A DNA stretch of 64,000 bases from positions 1,302,001 to 1,366,000 of the forward strand of contig NEEC01000020.1 of assembly GCA_002189035.1 (NCBI GenBank), given 5' to 3'. Each line of letters starts with the position of its first letter. Position 1 is the first letter of the stretch. Shown here piece by piece: positions 26,366 to 39,341 of the stretch. Position numbers and translations under genes: made by a program. This DNA is from Utricularia gibba. Its lineage: Eukaryota > Plantae > Magnoliophyta. Under the pieces are notes generated by a model. That model had not been told where the DNA came from and made no database searches. It saw nothing but the letters and a program-made list of their open reading frames with translations.

Positions 26366-27856
26366 TCACATATCAGGTGCCACTTTTAGTTGTTGCTGCC
26401 CATCAATCAAACTCAACTGCCTCCGGATTCGGGCAATATACGTTTGCACCTGTTCATTCACATGCGTCACTAGAAGACAGCAATTTTCATCATAGAGGAA
26501 AACAGAGGAAAGAAGGAAAACAACTCATACTTGTGAGCATGTGATGCCAACACATCTAATACATCATATTCAAATTGTATGCAAGTGATGAGATTTATTT
26601 CACACAAAACAAAGATTCCTGCTATCGTGTTCAGAGGAATAATCCCTTTTCTAGATAACACATTAGGAGCTAAAAGCTACAGCATAACAGATGCGGGGAC
26701 TATATTCTTATTGACCTGCTGTCGAGCTGCAGCAAGTTTTAATAGCTCATCTGCCTCAGAGAAGCCCGTAAACCATTGGCTGAATGGATGATCTTTGGTG
26801 TCACCTTTTTTTTTGTTTTCGTTATCCTCTATGGGCGCTGTAGACATCAGGTTATCTCAAAATGATGGGAATATGCATTAAAGCATTCAACAGAACAAAA
26901 GAGATATAAAGGACCTACACATACAAAAATTGTAAAGAAGAATAATTTTTGAACTTGAACAACCTACTTGAAGATATCTAAGAATATAGTAAAGAAGAGA
27001 ACACACCAGGGGGTAAATTAAGGCCAAGGGGGAGCCTGGGCATAATTACTGCAGGATGATGTTGCAAGCGGGAGAGCAAAGCCTCAGAAGGTTCTGATAT
27101 CACAATCTCATCATATGACTCAACAACAACGGGCTTCTTCATGGATGGGCCAGATTCATCATCTGGGTACAACTTCAAATGGTGAAACCTATCATTAATT
27201 GTTGCAGGACCATATGAGTGATATGGGCAAACAATGAAAACACTGAGACGAACTTTACATTGACAAAGCTCATACCCTGGAAGGTATAAGATAAGAAATA
27301 TTTGAGATACAAGAGAATACAAAGGAACGAGACTAACAAATGCAATGGCTTATCGCTAATATCACTGTGGAAATGAAGAGTGATGGCGATTTCAAATTCA
27401 CCCCAACCAGACTCTGAAAGCTCAAAAGGGGGGCTTTCAACGACCCTTGTGGGATTGTTAAAACTAGAATGCAACTGGAAAACAGCACGCTTGATCACTA
27501 CTCCCAGGTCCTCGTTTGTTGCTCCACGAACATAAACCGTCCATTTATGAGATAAAACTCTATGATTGCAAGAAGAGAATATATAAGATGCAAAGATAAA
27601 ATGATTGGAATCACGAACTCTTCGAAAGCTCATCTCGTCACTTACTCACTGGCCTTCTTACCGAGCCAGAATGCAATGTTGCCGTAAACTAAAGGAACAC
27701 AAATTTCCAACTCTTTAAGCTTCTTCTCCATCCCCTTCAGAGAACGAACACCTTAAATTTGATTCCCTAATAGAAATCGCTCAAACCTGGCTGGAAAACC
27801 CAATATAAACAATAGAATTACACCTTCATGCCATTATGTTCAGAAAGGTTTTCCAT
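26366..27856 (-). CDS. YAF9: YEATS-domain protein YAF9/GAS41 (NuA4/SWR1 subunit). Inferred exons 27856-27824 (probable), 27734-27646, 27559-27338, 27188-27007, 26837-26716, 26449-26366
   Basis: [18 protein letters not shown]; [34 protein letters not shown]; [16 protein letters not shown]; [12 protein letters not shown]; [12 protein letters not shown]; C-terminal coiled coil. GT-AG introns keep frame. The start is 27856, or 27731 if the first mini-exon is not used. Confidence 0.93.
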
Positions 27857-29825
27857 TTTCCAACGCAGCAATGCAGCAGCTGCTGTTCCACAGAAACCCT
27901 CCGCCCTGATGAAGCGTTGTCGAATCTGAACACAAAATTCTAATACCCACAAAAAGGTATCAAACTAGGGTTCCAATTGAATTCAACGTTCTCCAGATGA
28001 AGTGTACTCGACCACGAGAAGAACTTTCCCCGTCTAAGGCCCAGTGTCAAGGCCCCCGTCTATTTTCAAATTAAACAAGGGGCGAATTTGATTTGAATCC
28101 CTAGTTAACGTATGTTGTGTAATATAAATAAATCAATAGTTTAATAAAAATAAGTCTGGTTAGAAGAATTTATATTCTTACCTGAATTCTTGCCCCTCCA
28201 ATATATTTCATTACTTAAACTAGTTAATTATTTAGGTACGAGTAAAAGCCCCAATTAAAGACCGATATGTCAAAAGAATAGATTTAGAAAAATACCCACA
28301 CTTCTACATTTTATTTTTTATATTATTTTTCTAATAATAATAAATATATATTTTTTGTTACTAGAAAAGTGATAGTTTTGTTGTAACATGTTTCCATAAT
28401 TCTTTTGAGTTAATTTTACATGAGTTCGGACTTACTTTCCAATACAACCCTCCGAAATCGTCGGCAAATAGTATTCAATATAAGAAATGTTATAATTGAC
28501 ATGGGCACTTAGTGTTGGAGAAGCGCAGGTGCAAAAGCCTTAGGATACTTAGAGTAGGCAAAGTATGGAAAGGGCCGAAGTCATAGTCTTTGCTAGAAGA
28601 TGCTTGTCAAGATATCTCTTCACAATGAAAAGTCGAACAGAAAGTGCCTCGTTAGCCATTCCACCTATTAGAACAAATAATTCCATATCAGAGTATGAAA
28701 ATGAAATAAAAGTATATAAAAAATTATAAATTATTAGTAATTAATTGGTTTAATTTTTCTAATACAATTCACATTTTTTGTGTAATTGGACTTAATGTAT
28801 ACTTGTCCATCCTATCAGATTCTTGACTTCAACATGCCATCAAAGCATTTGTCAAACATTATGGTTTGGGTGGTTAAAATGATTTCATATTGGTCCGACT
28901 TTCGGTTAAAAAAAAAAAAAACAATTAGATATATTAGGCTTAAGTAACAAAAATTAGATCAACTTATTACTTAAGTATTATCTACAATCACAAAAAAGTC
29001 TTAATCACATTAGTTTGACTTGAGGATGAGTATTAGAACAAACAATCTGACATCAAGAGTTGAAATAGAAATAATCAAGTATATAAGGAATTTTAGATTA
29101 ATAATAATTGATTGGGTCTAATATTTTTTAATGTAATTCATGTTTATTGTGTAATTAGTCTTCACATGTACTCATCCAATCTATTAGATTCTTAATTTCA
29201 ACATCTCAAGATGAAAACCGAAGTAGGAGTGTTCAAGAAGATTCCTTCTTGAATAGAAAAGCTGAGTTAGGAGCATTCAAAGAAATATTCTAGTGGATAA
29301 GGTTTGAGTATGGAGTGCCTGAAAAGATGCCACTCTAAGGAGAAGTTTCATGATTAGAGTATTCTAGAACTTAGATAAGGCAGTGACATGATGAGCAAGT
29401 CTTGAGTTGTGGGATGCTTGGAGATACATCCCTCGAAAAGGAGACCTCACACAGCAGAGACTCGGGAAGGCACTTGCGTGGAGAAGATGGGGGCATGAAG
29501 TGCCTAACAAGGTGCTTCCATAGGAAGAATATTCTGATTGGAAACATTCCTCTAATGAATTTCATTGGAACTTTTTTTAGTCAATGGAATATCTAGAATG
29601 ATTATCAATCAAATATTGCAAAAAGTCAGTTGAGAGTACCTTGGTCGAGGTCTCATGCAGAAGAAGGCTAGAACATGGGGAGAAAATTAGTAAAATACAC
29701 ATTTTAGAAAAAATGATTGGTAAAATACCTATGGTTGAGAAATATTTTATAAAATACATGTTTTGTATGGTTTTTACATATTTGTGAGCATATTAGCAGT
29801 GGATCTCCCAGACTCAATGCAATCA

Positions 29826-30190
29826 CAGGTTGTGTTTTGAAATCGGTATTTAGAACCGGATTGGAATGGAGCCATGAGTTTGACCAGTCAAATCCGAATT
29901 AATAACAAAATATTATAACTTTAAACGTATATCAATATCAAATATTAATAAAATAATAAATATACTAATTTTTAATAAGAAGTGTCATGTGTATTTTCAT
30001 TAACATGAATATAAATACTGAAATATTTCATCTATTCAATAAAAAAATCACATTAACAATAATTTACACATAAATTTTTATATATAAAAGATAGCATAAA
30101 AATCATTACCCAAAATAAATCATAATTTTTTCAACCACACCAAATAACACAATGATTTCATTATTTTTCAGATTATCATGTTTTGTACAT
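29826..30190. mobile_element. Second copy of the non-autonomous repeat at 18310-18890
   Basis: Shared blocks with 18310-18890 seen by eye. Confidence 0.45.
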
Positions 30191-30699
30191 ATATCAATTG
30201 TATTTATAAAACAGATTTGTAAGCATAATTAAAATATATTCATGCATGTGAGGTCTATTTCATTTGTAAAAATACATGTTTTGTAATTAACCTTTTTCTT
30301 ATCAAATATTTCTTATATTATCAAATAACATAGAGAAAACTTAGCAGTATACTATATTAAAATTTAAATGTAATTATAATTTTTGATTATAAATTATATG
30401 TAGTAGGATGTAGTGTTCATTATTGGATTTTAATTATTTTTAAAGATATTTTTGATTTTATTATCATACAGAGTGGGGTGTAGCATTCATAATTATGGGG
30501 TTTAAATTTGTTAAATTTTTTCATTATTGAGTTTTATTTATATTATATTGACAATTTTTTATTTATAAATTTATATTTTTCAATTTATAAATTCTACTGA
30601 AGTGAGTGTATTATTCAATATTGGGTTTTAATTATAGTATTTTTATCTTGTCTAGAAGGTTACACTAAGGTGGAGTCATTCATGAAACGCTGGGAGGGA

Positions 30700-33000
30700 C
30701 GAGCTAGTAGTTGATCATCATGATCGGAATCTGAAGGTGGCGAGGCATTCAAATCAATTGGATTGGATGCTTGTGTCTTGTTGTTTTATGTCAACCCAAT
30801 TTGATTCGCCATTTAAAGGGATCAACAAGAAGATGAAAAGCTGGTGGTGCACAGTCTCCTTCGTCTCTTATAGGATGAACTTTATTATTGTAAGTGCTCA
30901 ACATTGATGATAATCTACAATAATCACTGGTTCTATCCTTGGAGTTAATCTGAAACTGGTGACATGCCTAATAAAAAAAGGTTAATAAGTTTGAGTTGTA
31001 GGTTATATTGTAAATAGAGTTCATTTATATACCTTTTTGTGTATGACTGTAGAGATATCGGTCTAATTGCCACACACCATAATTGCAGTGGTCTTCAACT
31101 CTTACCCATCGAGTTTCAATGATGCAATTGGTCTTCAGTGTAACATCTACCTCATGAGTTCGTTCATCATATATAGTGCAGGTTAGTCAAGGTACTAGTC
31201 TTGATGCTGCCTTATAGGCTTCATGCACATTGTCATCAAAAGTTCAACCAACTGATCTCCTTGCTAGTGATTCTGTATTTTTCAAATGATATCTACCCTT
31301 TTTGAAGGTGACTTGCATAAATAGGTATACTCATACTACTTCGTTGATATGAACCTATATGTATTAAAAGTCTTCACCTTTACAATAGCCATTGGAGGTA
31401 GATGACGTACATCTTGTAATGCTTCATTCAAGGCCTTGCATGATTCATAGTCATGATCCTATACCTAATAAATTGAGAAATCAGCAGGGCAATGTAATTC
31501 GTAGTACCCAATTACAAGAATTCATGTACCGATGACCCTCATCATCTATCAAGGTGCAATCAATCAAAGGAATATCCATCATGTAGACATATTCTTTTAG
31601 ACTTGTCCTTACAAGGTGATCCATTGCTTGTGTATATTTTAAGTTGTTCCTAAAATATGGCCCATGTAATTTAGCATGGCCCATGTAATTTTTTTGAATG
31701 TGGAAAACACATAAACGATGAACACTATATGAGGGAACAAACTCTTGATATGGCTTGTACATAGCCAACAGTCTAGATCCACGATCACTGATGATACGTA
31801 CTTCTATTCTTCCTCTAATTACATATCGAACCAATTGCTCCATAAATTAGACCCAGTCCTCAGCACTTTCACCATACACGAATACATATCCCAATGGGAC
31901 TACATAGTTACTTACATCAATAACAATTGCTACAAGTAACTTGTAGTCGTAACTACCATATAAGTGCATAGCATCCACATATATGATTGACTGACCATGC
32001 GTGAAGCTTTTATTGAAAAGCCAAAAGCCCAGAAAACCTACTTCAAGAGACGATCACCATGAACATGAGCCTCATGTCCTCATTTCACCACTATTTCTGG
32101 GTTTTGCTTCCGAACCTCTTCAAAATAGATAGGTAGTTGGGTATAAGAAGCCTGCCAATTGGCATAATGTAGTTCATAGGCCCGACACATACAAGCCTAA
32201 GCATGCCACTTAGGCATATCATAGGCAAACAGTTCCTTAATGATACGTTGAACATCTAGAGCCGTTAACTTTGGACTTAGATACGGAATAAGCCGAAGAT
32301 TAACATATAAGATGTTTAGGTTAGCGTGGGTAAATGCTTCTTTTGACGTTAGTTTACAGCTATGAGGCTCTATCAGCTTTGTTATCTTCCAAATCCCTAA
32401 TCTCATTTGACAAGCTGCTTGGAGCTCAAACAGGCAATACTCCATCCCACTATAAGTCTATAGACATATCACCTCGTACTGATATTTATCGTTTTTTTAT
32501 GTTCTATATTCTCGCTGAGCAATGGTAAAGATGCCACTTGACAACTACATCCATAGCGGTATTATGATCCTTCAATGTCATACCCTATCAAAGAATTCCG
32601 GTTCTCTCATCGTAATAATCTTCTGATACAAATGCATCGTAATAATCTCCTGGTTTGTCCACTTCTTGCATTGGTAAGGGGGCCCTTGCATATGCCCCAC
32701 GGATTTCGATGTCTGGAGGCAAGTCAAGTAAATCTTCAACTGCTAATTCTACAGCATCCTCCTCTAAATTTGGGCTAGCAGGTATATCACCATCATTAGA
32801 TAAATTGTGTGCTTCATCTGCATACATGTCATCTCAATTTTGAAAGATATAGAAGTCATCTTGGTAGTTGTAATCCCTACCATGGTCCTAATAATCAAAG
32901 AAAGGATCATGACTTTAATGACCAGTTTTATGTTGATAGTCCATGCCATCATCAGTGTAGTAGTTGGAATCAGCCGAAAATTGAGGGTTCGAACTTAAAA
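30700..33000 (-). pseudogene. MULE/MuDR transposase remnant
   Basis: CLFELQA...GIWKITKLIEPHSC (MuDR-type N-terminal region, 32197-32445); IISDRG...HRLCVFHIQKN (MULE DDE domain, 31481-31843); SWIM-like CNYGVWQ near 31080; fragmented by stops. Confidence 0.75.
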
Positions 33001-33899
33001 CCGATGAAAGATACGAAATGAATAGTATATATCATACTGTCAAATTCATAATTCTTATGTATAAAATCATTTTATACCTTCCGAATGATGATATGGCTGA
33101 TACGGAGTTTCAAATAGGTTGAATTCTTCATATGAATTTGAAAAATTGCAATTGTCAAAGTTTTGTTAATATTGTAAGTAATCATATTACTGTGTATATT
33201 ATAGTTGTTGTTGAGGAAGGGACACTACAATTTTCCCAAAGAATAATCATTAAAAATTAAACATCTAAACCTCTAAATTGATTTGTAAAGCATTGAAAAA
33301 TAATCATTACCAATAAATTTATAATTAATATTTTATTATAATAAAGTATATGATAGTTTTCAATCATAATAAAAATCATAATAATCAAACTTATAATTTT
33401 ATAATAAGAATAATACATTCAAACTACTTCTATTTGTTTATAATTTTTTTAAAAAATATTATAACCAATCAAATCGGTAAAAATATTCCTAGCTAAGTAT
33501 GAATTAAAGCAATAATGATATTTTCATATAACAACTAAAACCAATAAAGAAGAAAGAAATCTAAAACATTCATTATTTAAAAAGTTGAAATCCTACAAAA
33601 AAAGAAAAAAAATTTCTAGAAATACAAATTATCAACTTTTTTTCAAATTCACAAAAAATTATATAAAATTCATAAGGATCAAGAACAAATACCAACCTGT
33701 GTAAGACAATGATGAATAACCCATTGAATTATGTTGCAAGATTAACATTTCAATACCAAAATCAGATCTGTTGGGATCTATAATGAACAAGAGATATGTT
33801 GAATCACTAACATTAATGTAATTTGTACTAGAGGAATCGATGTTGTAAAATTGAGCACATAATCGAACATTATCGCAATTCACTTCGATTCCTAGCTCA

Positions 33900-34530
33900 T
33901 TTTCAATAGTCTCTACTAAATAACTACAAGAAATGTTTCATTTCGCCGCTAAAATTTTCATCAATTCCAAAAAAATACGTATGGTGAACTGATGAATCAT
34001 CCAATATTGGCCCTCCAACATAAAATTTCATTGCAGCTTTGGCCATTAGTTTAGGGTTTAGGAAGAAGGAATTGATATAGTAGGAATGGGGTACAACTCC
34101 ATTCATTTTTAATAAAACTTTATTGGCAAAATGATTTTATAACTCATTCACTACTACTAGTTTTTACTCCATTGATAAGATTCCACTACTACATTGATAC
34201 ACCCACAAAACAAAGCATTTTACTAACATTTATGTTACCTTAGGTATTTTACCAATACATATTTTTTAAATATGTATTTTAGTAACGAAGCCTAGAATGT
34301 GGAGTGCCAACAGTAGATTCCCTTGATTGACCAACCTGGGAACAAAGCACTCATGAAGGAAAGCGTATGCATCAAACACCTAGGCAATAAGTAATTACCT
34401 TGGAATGTGTTGTTTTGGAATAGGCTAGAGCTCATATCTCATTGTGCAGCACAACACCTTCATTAAGGATGAAATCTCTTCCCAATTTGGTGAACAAATA
34501 AGGTAAAGATTAATGAAAGTGTCACTTTGT
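33900..34530. repeat. Dispersed repeat related to 48850-49150, unclassified
   Basis: GAGCTCATATCTCATT...GCACAACA...AAGGATGAAATCT...AATAAGGT.AAGATTAAT present near 34430-34515 and 49040-49140. Confidence 0.45.
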
Positions 34531-34649
34531 ATCATTCCTCATTGACAATTTGTGTCTATCTTCTCCTCAATGTCTTTGGTCTTGGTGGGATTTTCAGTAA
34601 CCCCCAATAGAGATTGTAAATATCGAAAGGGTTTTCGATGGAGAAACTT

Positions 34650-37080
34650 TGTAAGTATATCCATCTTCTGATTTTCAAATGTCACATGCTGTAATTTCAT
34701 GAGATTTCTATTGATATAGTTTCATAGCACATGAAATTTCACCTTGATGTATTTGCATTTTCCAAAGAGAGGAGTTTTTTGCCATTGTGATTGTCGATTG
34801 GTTATCAACTTGTAGTGTTATTGGTTGAGTGATTTTCAGTTTGAAATCTTCAAATAATTTCTTTAGAAAAATAGCTTGATTTAAGCCTACAACTACTGAT
34901 ATATATTCTGATTCAGATGAGGATTGTGCTATGACTTCTCATCTTTCACAACTCCAAGAGAAAGCAGTTGTATCGAAGAGATAGACATATCTTGATGTCG
35001 ATCTTCTATCACTTTTATCTCTAGCATACTCACTGGCGCTGTCATGACCCACCCTCGCCTTTGCACGATATTGTCTGTTTCGGGCACCCAACCCTTACAG
35101 TTTCACGTTTTTCTCTTCTAGGAAAAAGATCTCATGCAAGATTAAAACGGTCCCTCTATTTAAATACGTCTCCTCTATTCATAATCAATGTTGAATAGTG
35201 TACCATTACTATGCCCTTGGCCTTACATTTTACCGTTCTTAGACACTCAGCGTCCTCATTAAGTGTCACCTCATCCCACTACTAGTTTCAAACTTGAGTT
35301 TGGCTATGATACCAAATGTCATGACCCACTTGTATCTGTAACCAATGTGGGACAGCGCACCATCATGGTATCCAACATTGGTTACGTACAAGGGAAATGA
35401 CTTGTTTAAATAGAGCGACAATCCTAATCTTGCATGAGGTCTTTTTCTTAAAAGGTGATAATGTAAAACCGTGAGGGTTGGATGCATGAAGTGGACAATA
35501 TTGTGCAAGGTGAGGGTAAGTCATGACATTTGGTATTAGAGCCAAACCCACGCGGAAATCTACCTAAATTGTCTAACCCAAACACACCCTTGATCCTTCA
35601 ATTTCCAAAAGTAGAAATAGAAGGAAAGAATCGGCATTTATCTAAAGTCTGGCAGGTATGTCAAGATATGTCACAAGTTTTTCAGCTTGATTTGGTTCCA
35701 GTCAAATTCTTTATTTTCATCAACAATAACATGTCAACTAATACAGATTTTGTCCTTAATCCGATTATAGATTCTATATGCTTTGTTTGTTTCACTATAA
35801 ACTCATGTGTACCCCCAATGTACACTTTCTATCCATCTTCTCTCTCAACTACTTGGGTATATATACAAAGCATTGTGATCCAAAGATCCGTAGATGTTTT
35901 ATATTCTGTTTTCAACTGTACCATAACTCATATGGTGTTTTTCTAGATTTTAGCATTGTTGTTGAAAGTTGTTTAAAGATATATGTTGCTATGTTTATGG
36001 CTTCTCCCCAAAATCTTTTAGATATGTTTCTTTTAAACATCATGCATCGACTCATGTCCATTATTATGAGATTTCTTCTCTTTAGATCTCCATTATGTCC
36101 AGAGTATAAGGTGTTGTAAATTGGTGAGCTATTCCAAATCCTTCACAATACTCACTTTTCCAATGCATGAGGAATATAGTCCCATTGTTGCCTGATCTTA
36201 AAAATTGTATATGCTCTCTGCTTGGCCTTTCGACTACTTCTCTTAAATATTTAAAATTCTCTATTACTTCTGACTTTCGTTCCAAGAAAAATACCCAACT
36301 TAATCTGTTATTGTCATCAATGAAAATCAAGAAATATTGATTTTAAGCCACATTAGGTATTGCTAGCAATCTACACACATTGGTGTGTATTAATTCTAGC
36401 TTCTTCATGTTCTAGTATATTCCCAATCCAAATGGTGGTTTATGCATTTTTCTAGCTTGACATATGTCTCCATCTCTTATGCTAGATGTCAGCCACTTTG
36501 TTCGTCGCTAGACACACTTCATTTGCACCATGATAGGCCTTTAGATAAATAGGGAAAATTATGTTAAACATAGGTACTTCTAGAATAAGTGTACTGATGG
36601 GATTTTTAATTCTGCAGATGCCTTTTGTAAAGTGAACGTCGAAGTGTTTTTTCATCAATTGTCCCACATTTAAAAGGTTATGGCTGGCCTCAGGTAAGTA
36701 ATATACATCTTTGATTATTACTATTTCGAGTCCAGTCTTGATTTGGACATTGCAGCATCCTTTTATTTTGAGATACTTTCCATTCACGATTTTTATTTCC
36801 TTATTAGACTCTTGTAGCATGTAAAGAAGATTTTTTTTCATTGCACATGTGATTGCTATCCATTGTCCAATATCCATATTTCTTTATCATTTAGACCTTT
36901 TATAGTTGAGAATATAGTATTTTAACATAAGTTATAAATTTTAATTTTCTCTTATTCATTTCCTCCTAAATTTGAGACATACTTCAAAAGATCTTCCATG
37001 ATAAAATTTCCTAGTGCTGCCTTTGTCTTACCTTGCTATCTTCCTTGTGCTCAAACTCTTCCCACATGCCCTTTTCTATT
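34650..37080 (-). mobile_element. Decayed Ty1/copia internal region, truncated on the right by the Athila-type insertion
   Basis: Protease-region ORF 36482-36877 (DVYYLPEASHNLLNVGQL); integrase ORF 36082-36330 (IFIDDNNRLSWVFFLERKSEV); RNase H remnant DRRSTS...AQSSSESEYI near 34900-35030. Confidence 0.75.
35040..35560. mobile_element. Rearranged TRIM-like mini-retrotransposon: two ~200-bp LTRs in inverted orientation and two outward-facing tRNA-Met PBSs
   Basis: 35040-~35230 aligns to the reverse complement of 35317-35528. PBS TGGTATCATAGCC on - (35302-35314) and TGGTATTAGAGCC on + (35531-35543). Confidence 0.6.
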
Positions 37081-38485
37081 TGATAATCGGAAATTTTAGC
37101 ATATCGTTGTAATAAAAGCAAACTTCTATATCAAATAAATTTATAGTCCCTAATCTACACAAAATACAAATTTAGAAAACTAGTATAGTGGATGTCGGGG
37201 TCGATCACGAAAAACTTGTGTTTGCTAAGTATTTTAGTAAATGCATAATTCGATATAACAATGAGTCTTAGTCTCAACTCACACTAACAGTGGTAAACAA
37301 GTTCGATAAATAAGATCAATGAACAATATTAGGTCTCAACTCTAAAGGTAACAAGTATTGGTTCTAACTCAAAGTAATACGAAGATGCCTTAAGGATCTA
37401 CAGGTGGTGTTATGCTAAGGTGCCTAATTTAATTTATCATGTTCCTATACTTACAACTTCAAATAACCTAAGTCTACCCAGGTCATTCATCATATTTTTG
37501 GCTAAGATAGTCCCCAATATTATAACCAACATTGCAATTAGGTCTACCCGCATGCCAAACATATAGAACAAGGTCTACTCAGTTCTATTAATTCTACCCC
37601 GGACTAACACCTACTATTGTTATCTTGATTTGTTGATCTACTTCTAAATCAAGTATATAAGATGTGAAACCACTTATTCCCCTCCTTAGGTCTACCCATG
37701 GATTGATAGAAATAAGAGCTAAGAAACAAACATAAATTTCATTATTAACCCCAAGCACACACCACCATACTTCACCTTAAGACATCCCTGAGGTTCTAGC
37801 TACTCATATTTGGAAGGTAAACAGTAATGAAATTAGCATAAAACAGAGAAAATGTTAAGAACATCGTGCAAAAGTTGGTTGCAGAAGCTAAAAACATAAA
37901 TAAAGCAGTAAGGGTTGTAGATTCTGTCTACCACTGTTCACATGCAGGAACATTGGCGCTGGACTGGGTCTTGATCTCATTCCTTCATGCTGGAGGTTCT
38001 TCTCCAAAAAAATCGCCCTCTTTCTCCTTCTCCTCCAGTATTCTTCGTGTTCGAATTGGGGGAGAAACCCCCTCGTGTGTGTTCTGAAAATTCTGGGTGT
38101 TCTCTTTTTCTTTGCGACTCTCTCTCCTCCTCATCTTTCTGTCGCCTCCCACTGCCCAAGTCAAGTACATTCTCTGAAAAATCTGCTGCTCTTGGCCCTG
38201 ACTTACAGACTGCCACCGTGACAGTGTGTGTACTCATTGCCCCCTACAGCCTGGTGACTTGCATGAACTCCAGATTTCTTCCTTGACTTTCGAGTTGCTG
38301 CAATACTCCAAAATCGGGTTAGACATGAGGTGGGCTAAATCAAAGGATTTAGCCCACTTATACAACAAAAATCATATTTTTTCCTAATCAAATAAAAATA
38401 CTTAAAACTATAAAATAAACACTTAAACATAATTGAAAAGTTATGATTTTTTATATCCTAAAACATGAAAATTTGTGTGTTATCA
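37081..38485 (-). repeat. Complete 3' LTR (1405 bp) of the Athila-type element
   Basis: TGATAA at 37081 and TTATCA at 38485; matches the LTR fragments at 43667-44629 (inverted) and 46721-47254 (direct). Confidence 0.9.
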
Positions 38486-39341
38486 CACTATGCTACAATG
38501 ACACTAGACTTGTCTCCAAGTCCTATCTAAGACTAACAGAAAACCGATTCCTTTAGCATCAGTGATGAACATAAAAACTGAGAGTAAATTTCGATGCATG
38601 AGCTATAGGAGTGCAAGTGTGCATGTCAGTTCATCATACCTTATAGAATTGATCCCTCCAAGGTCACATAAGATCATGGTTGCCAACCCATTTTTTTCTC
38701 TCTTCTTTTTTTTTTCTTTTTTTTCTTTCTTTATTTTTTTAGTAGTGAAGGGGCAGCTTGTTCCAGACTAATCCGGGCATAATGTGATTGCCCTTTTCTT
38801 CATCAGAGTGTTGGTTAAGCACTCACACCTTATAACCCCAGGCTCTTTCATACTCCTCCGGATTAGCCTATCCCTGCTCACCCTTTCACTACTTATTGAG
38901 TCCGCACATGCTCTTTTAATATGTGCTGCTTTTTAGGACTTGGGTCTCAATTTTTTTCTTCTTCCTTTCTTTTTTCGTCGACTCTTTATTCACCTCTCTT
39001 TTTTTTTGTGGTTGGCAACCAATTTTGCAGTGACTATGAAGTTAAACAATTCATATAAAAAAAACAATTTAGATCACACTCCTTAGATTCCTCTAGTCAT
39101 AAACATGCTCTCAAATAAAAAAAATAAAACCATGCTCACAGGTATCAGAAAGGTCTACAAAGCTCATGCAACAGAATTCATCTAGCAGCTGTAATGTTCA
39201 ATCATATAGCTATCAGAAACAGTTTGCTGCTACCAAACAAAACTATAGTAAACATGACTCTAAGTCTAGAGTTAGACTAAACATGAAAATAAAATAAAAA
39301 AAAAATAAAAACCTACTATACTAAATCGTTCTAGCAGCAGA

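Noticed and set aside
28440-29700. Moderately GC-rich blocks that might be organellar insertions or retroelement UTR with short repeats
   Set aside because: No recognisable gene, rRNA or tRNA sequence; cannot be classified without a search.
34455-34500. RFHP on the minus strand, resembling the start of a NAC domain
   Set aside because: Followed at once by stops, with no further NAC motifs.
37866-38286. ORFs of 60-126 aa recurring at 20859-21346, 37866-38286 and 46610-47024
   Set aside because: They come from the CT/GA-rich part of the repeated LTR and have no coding signature.
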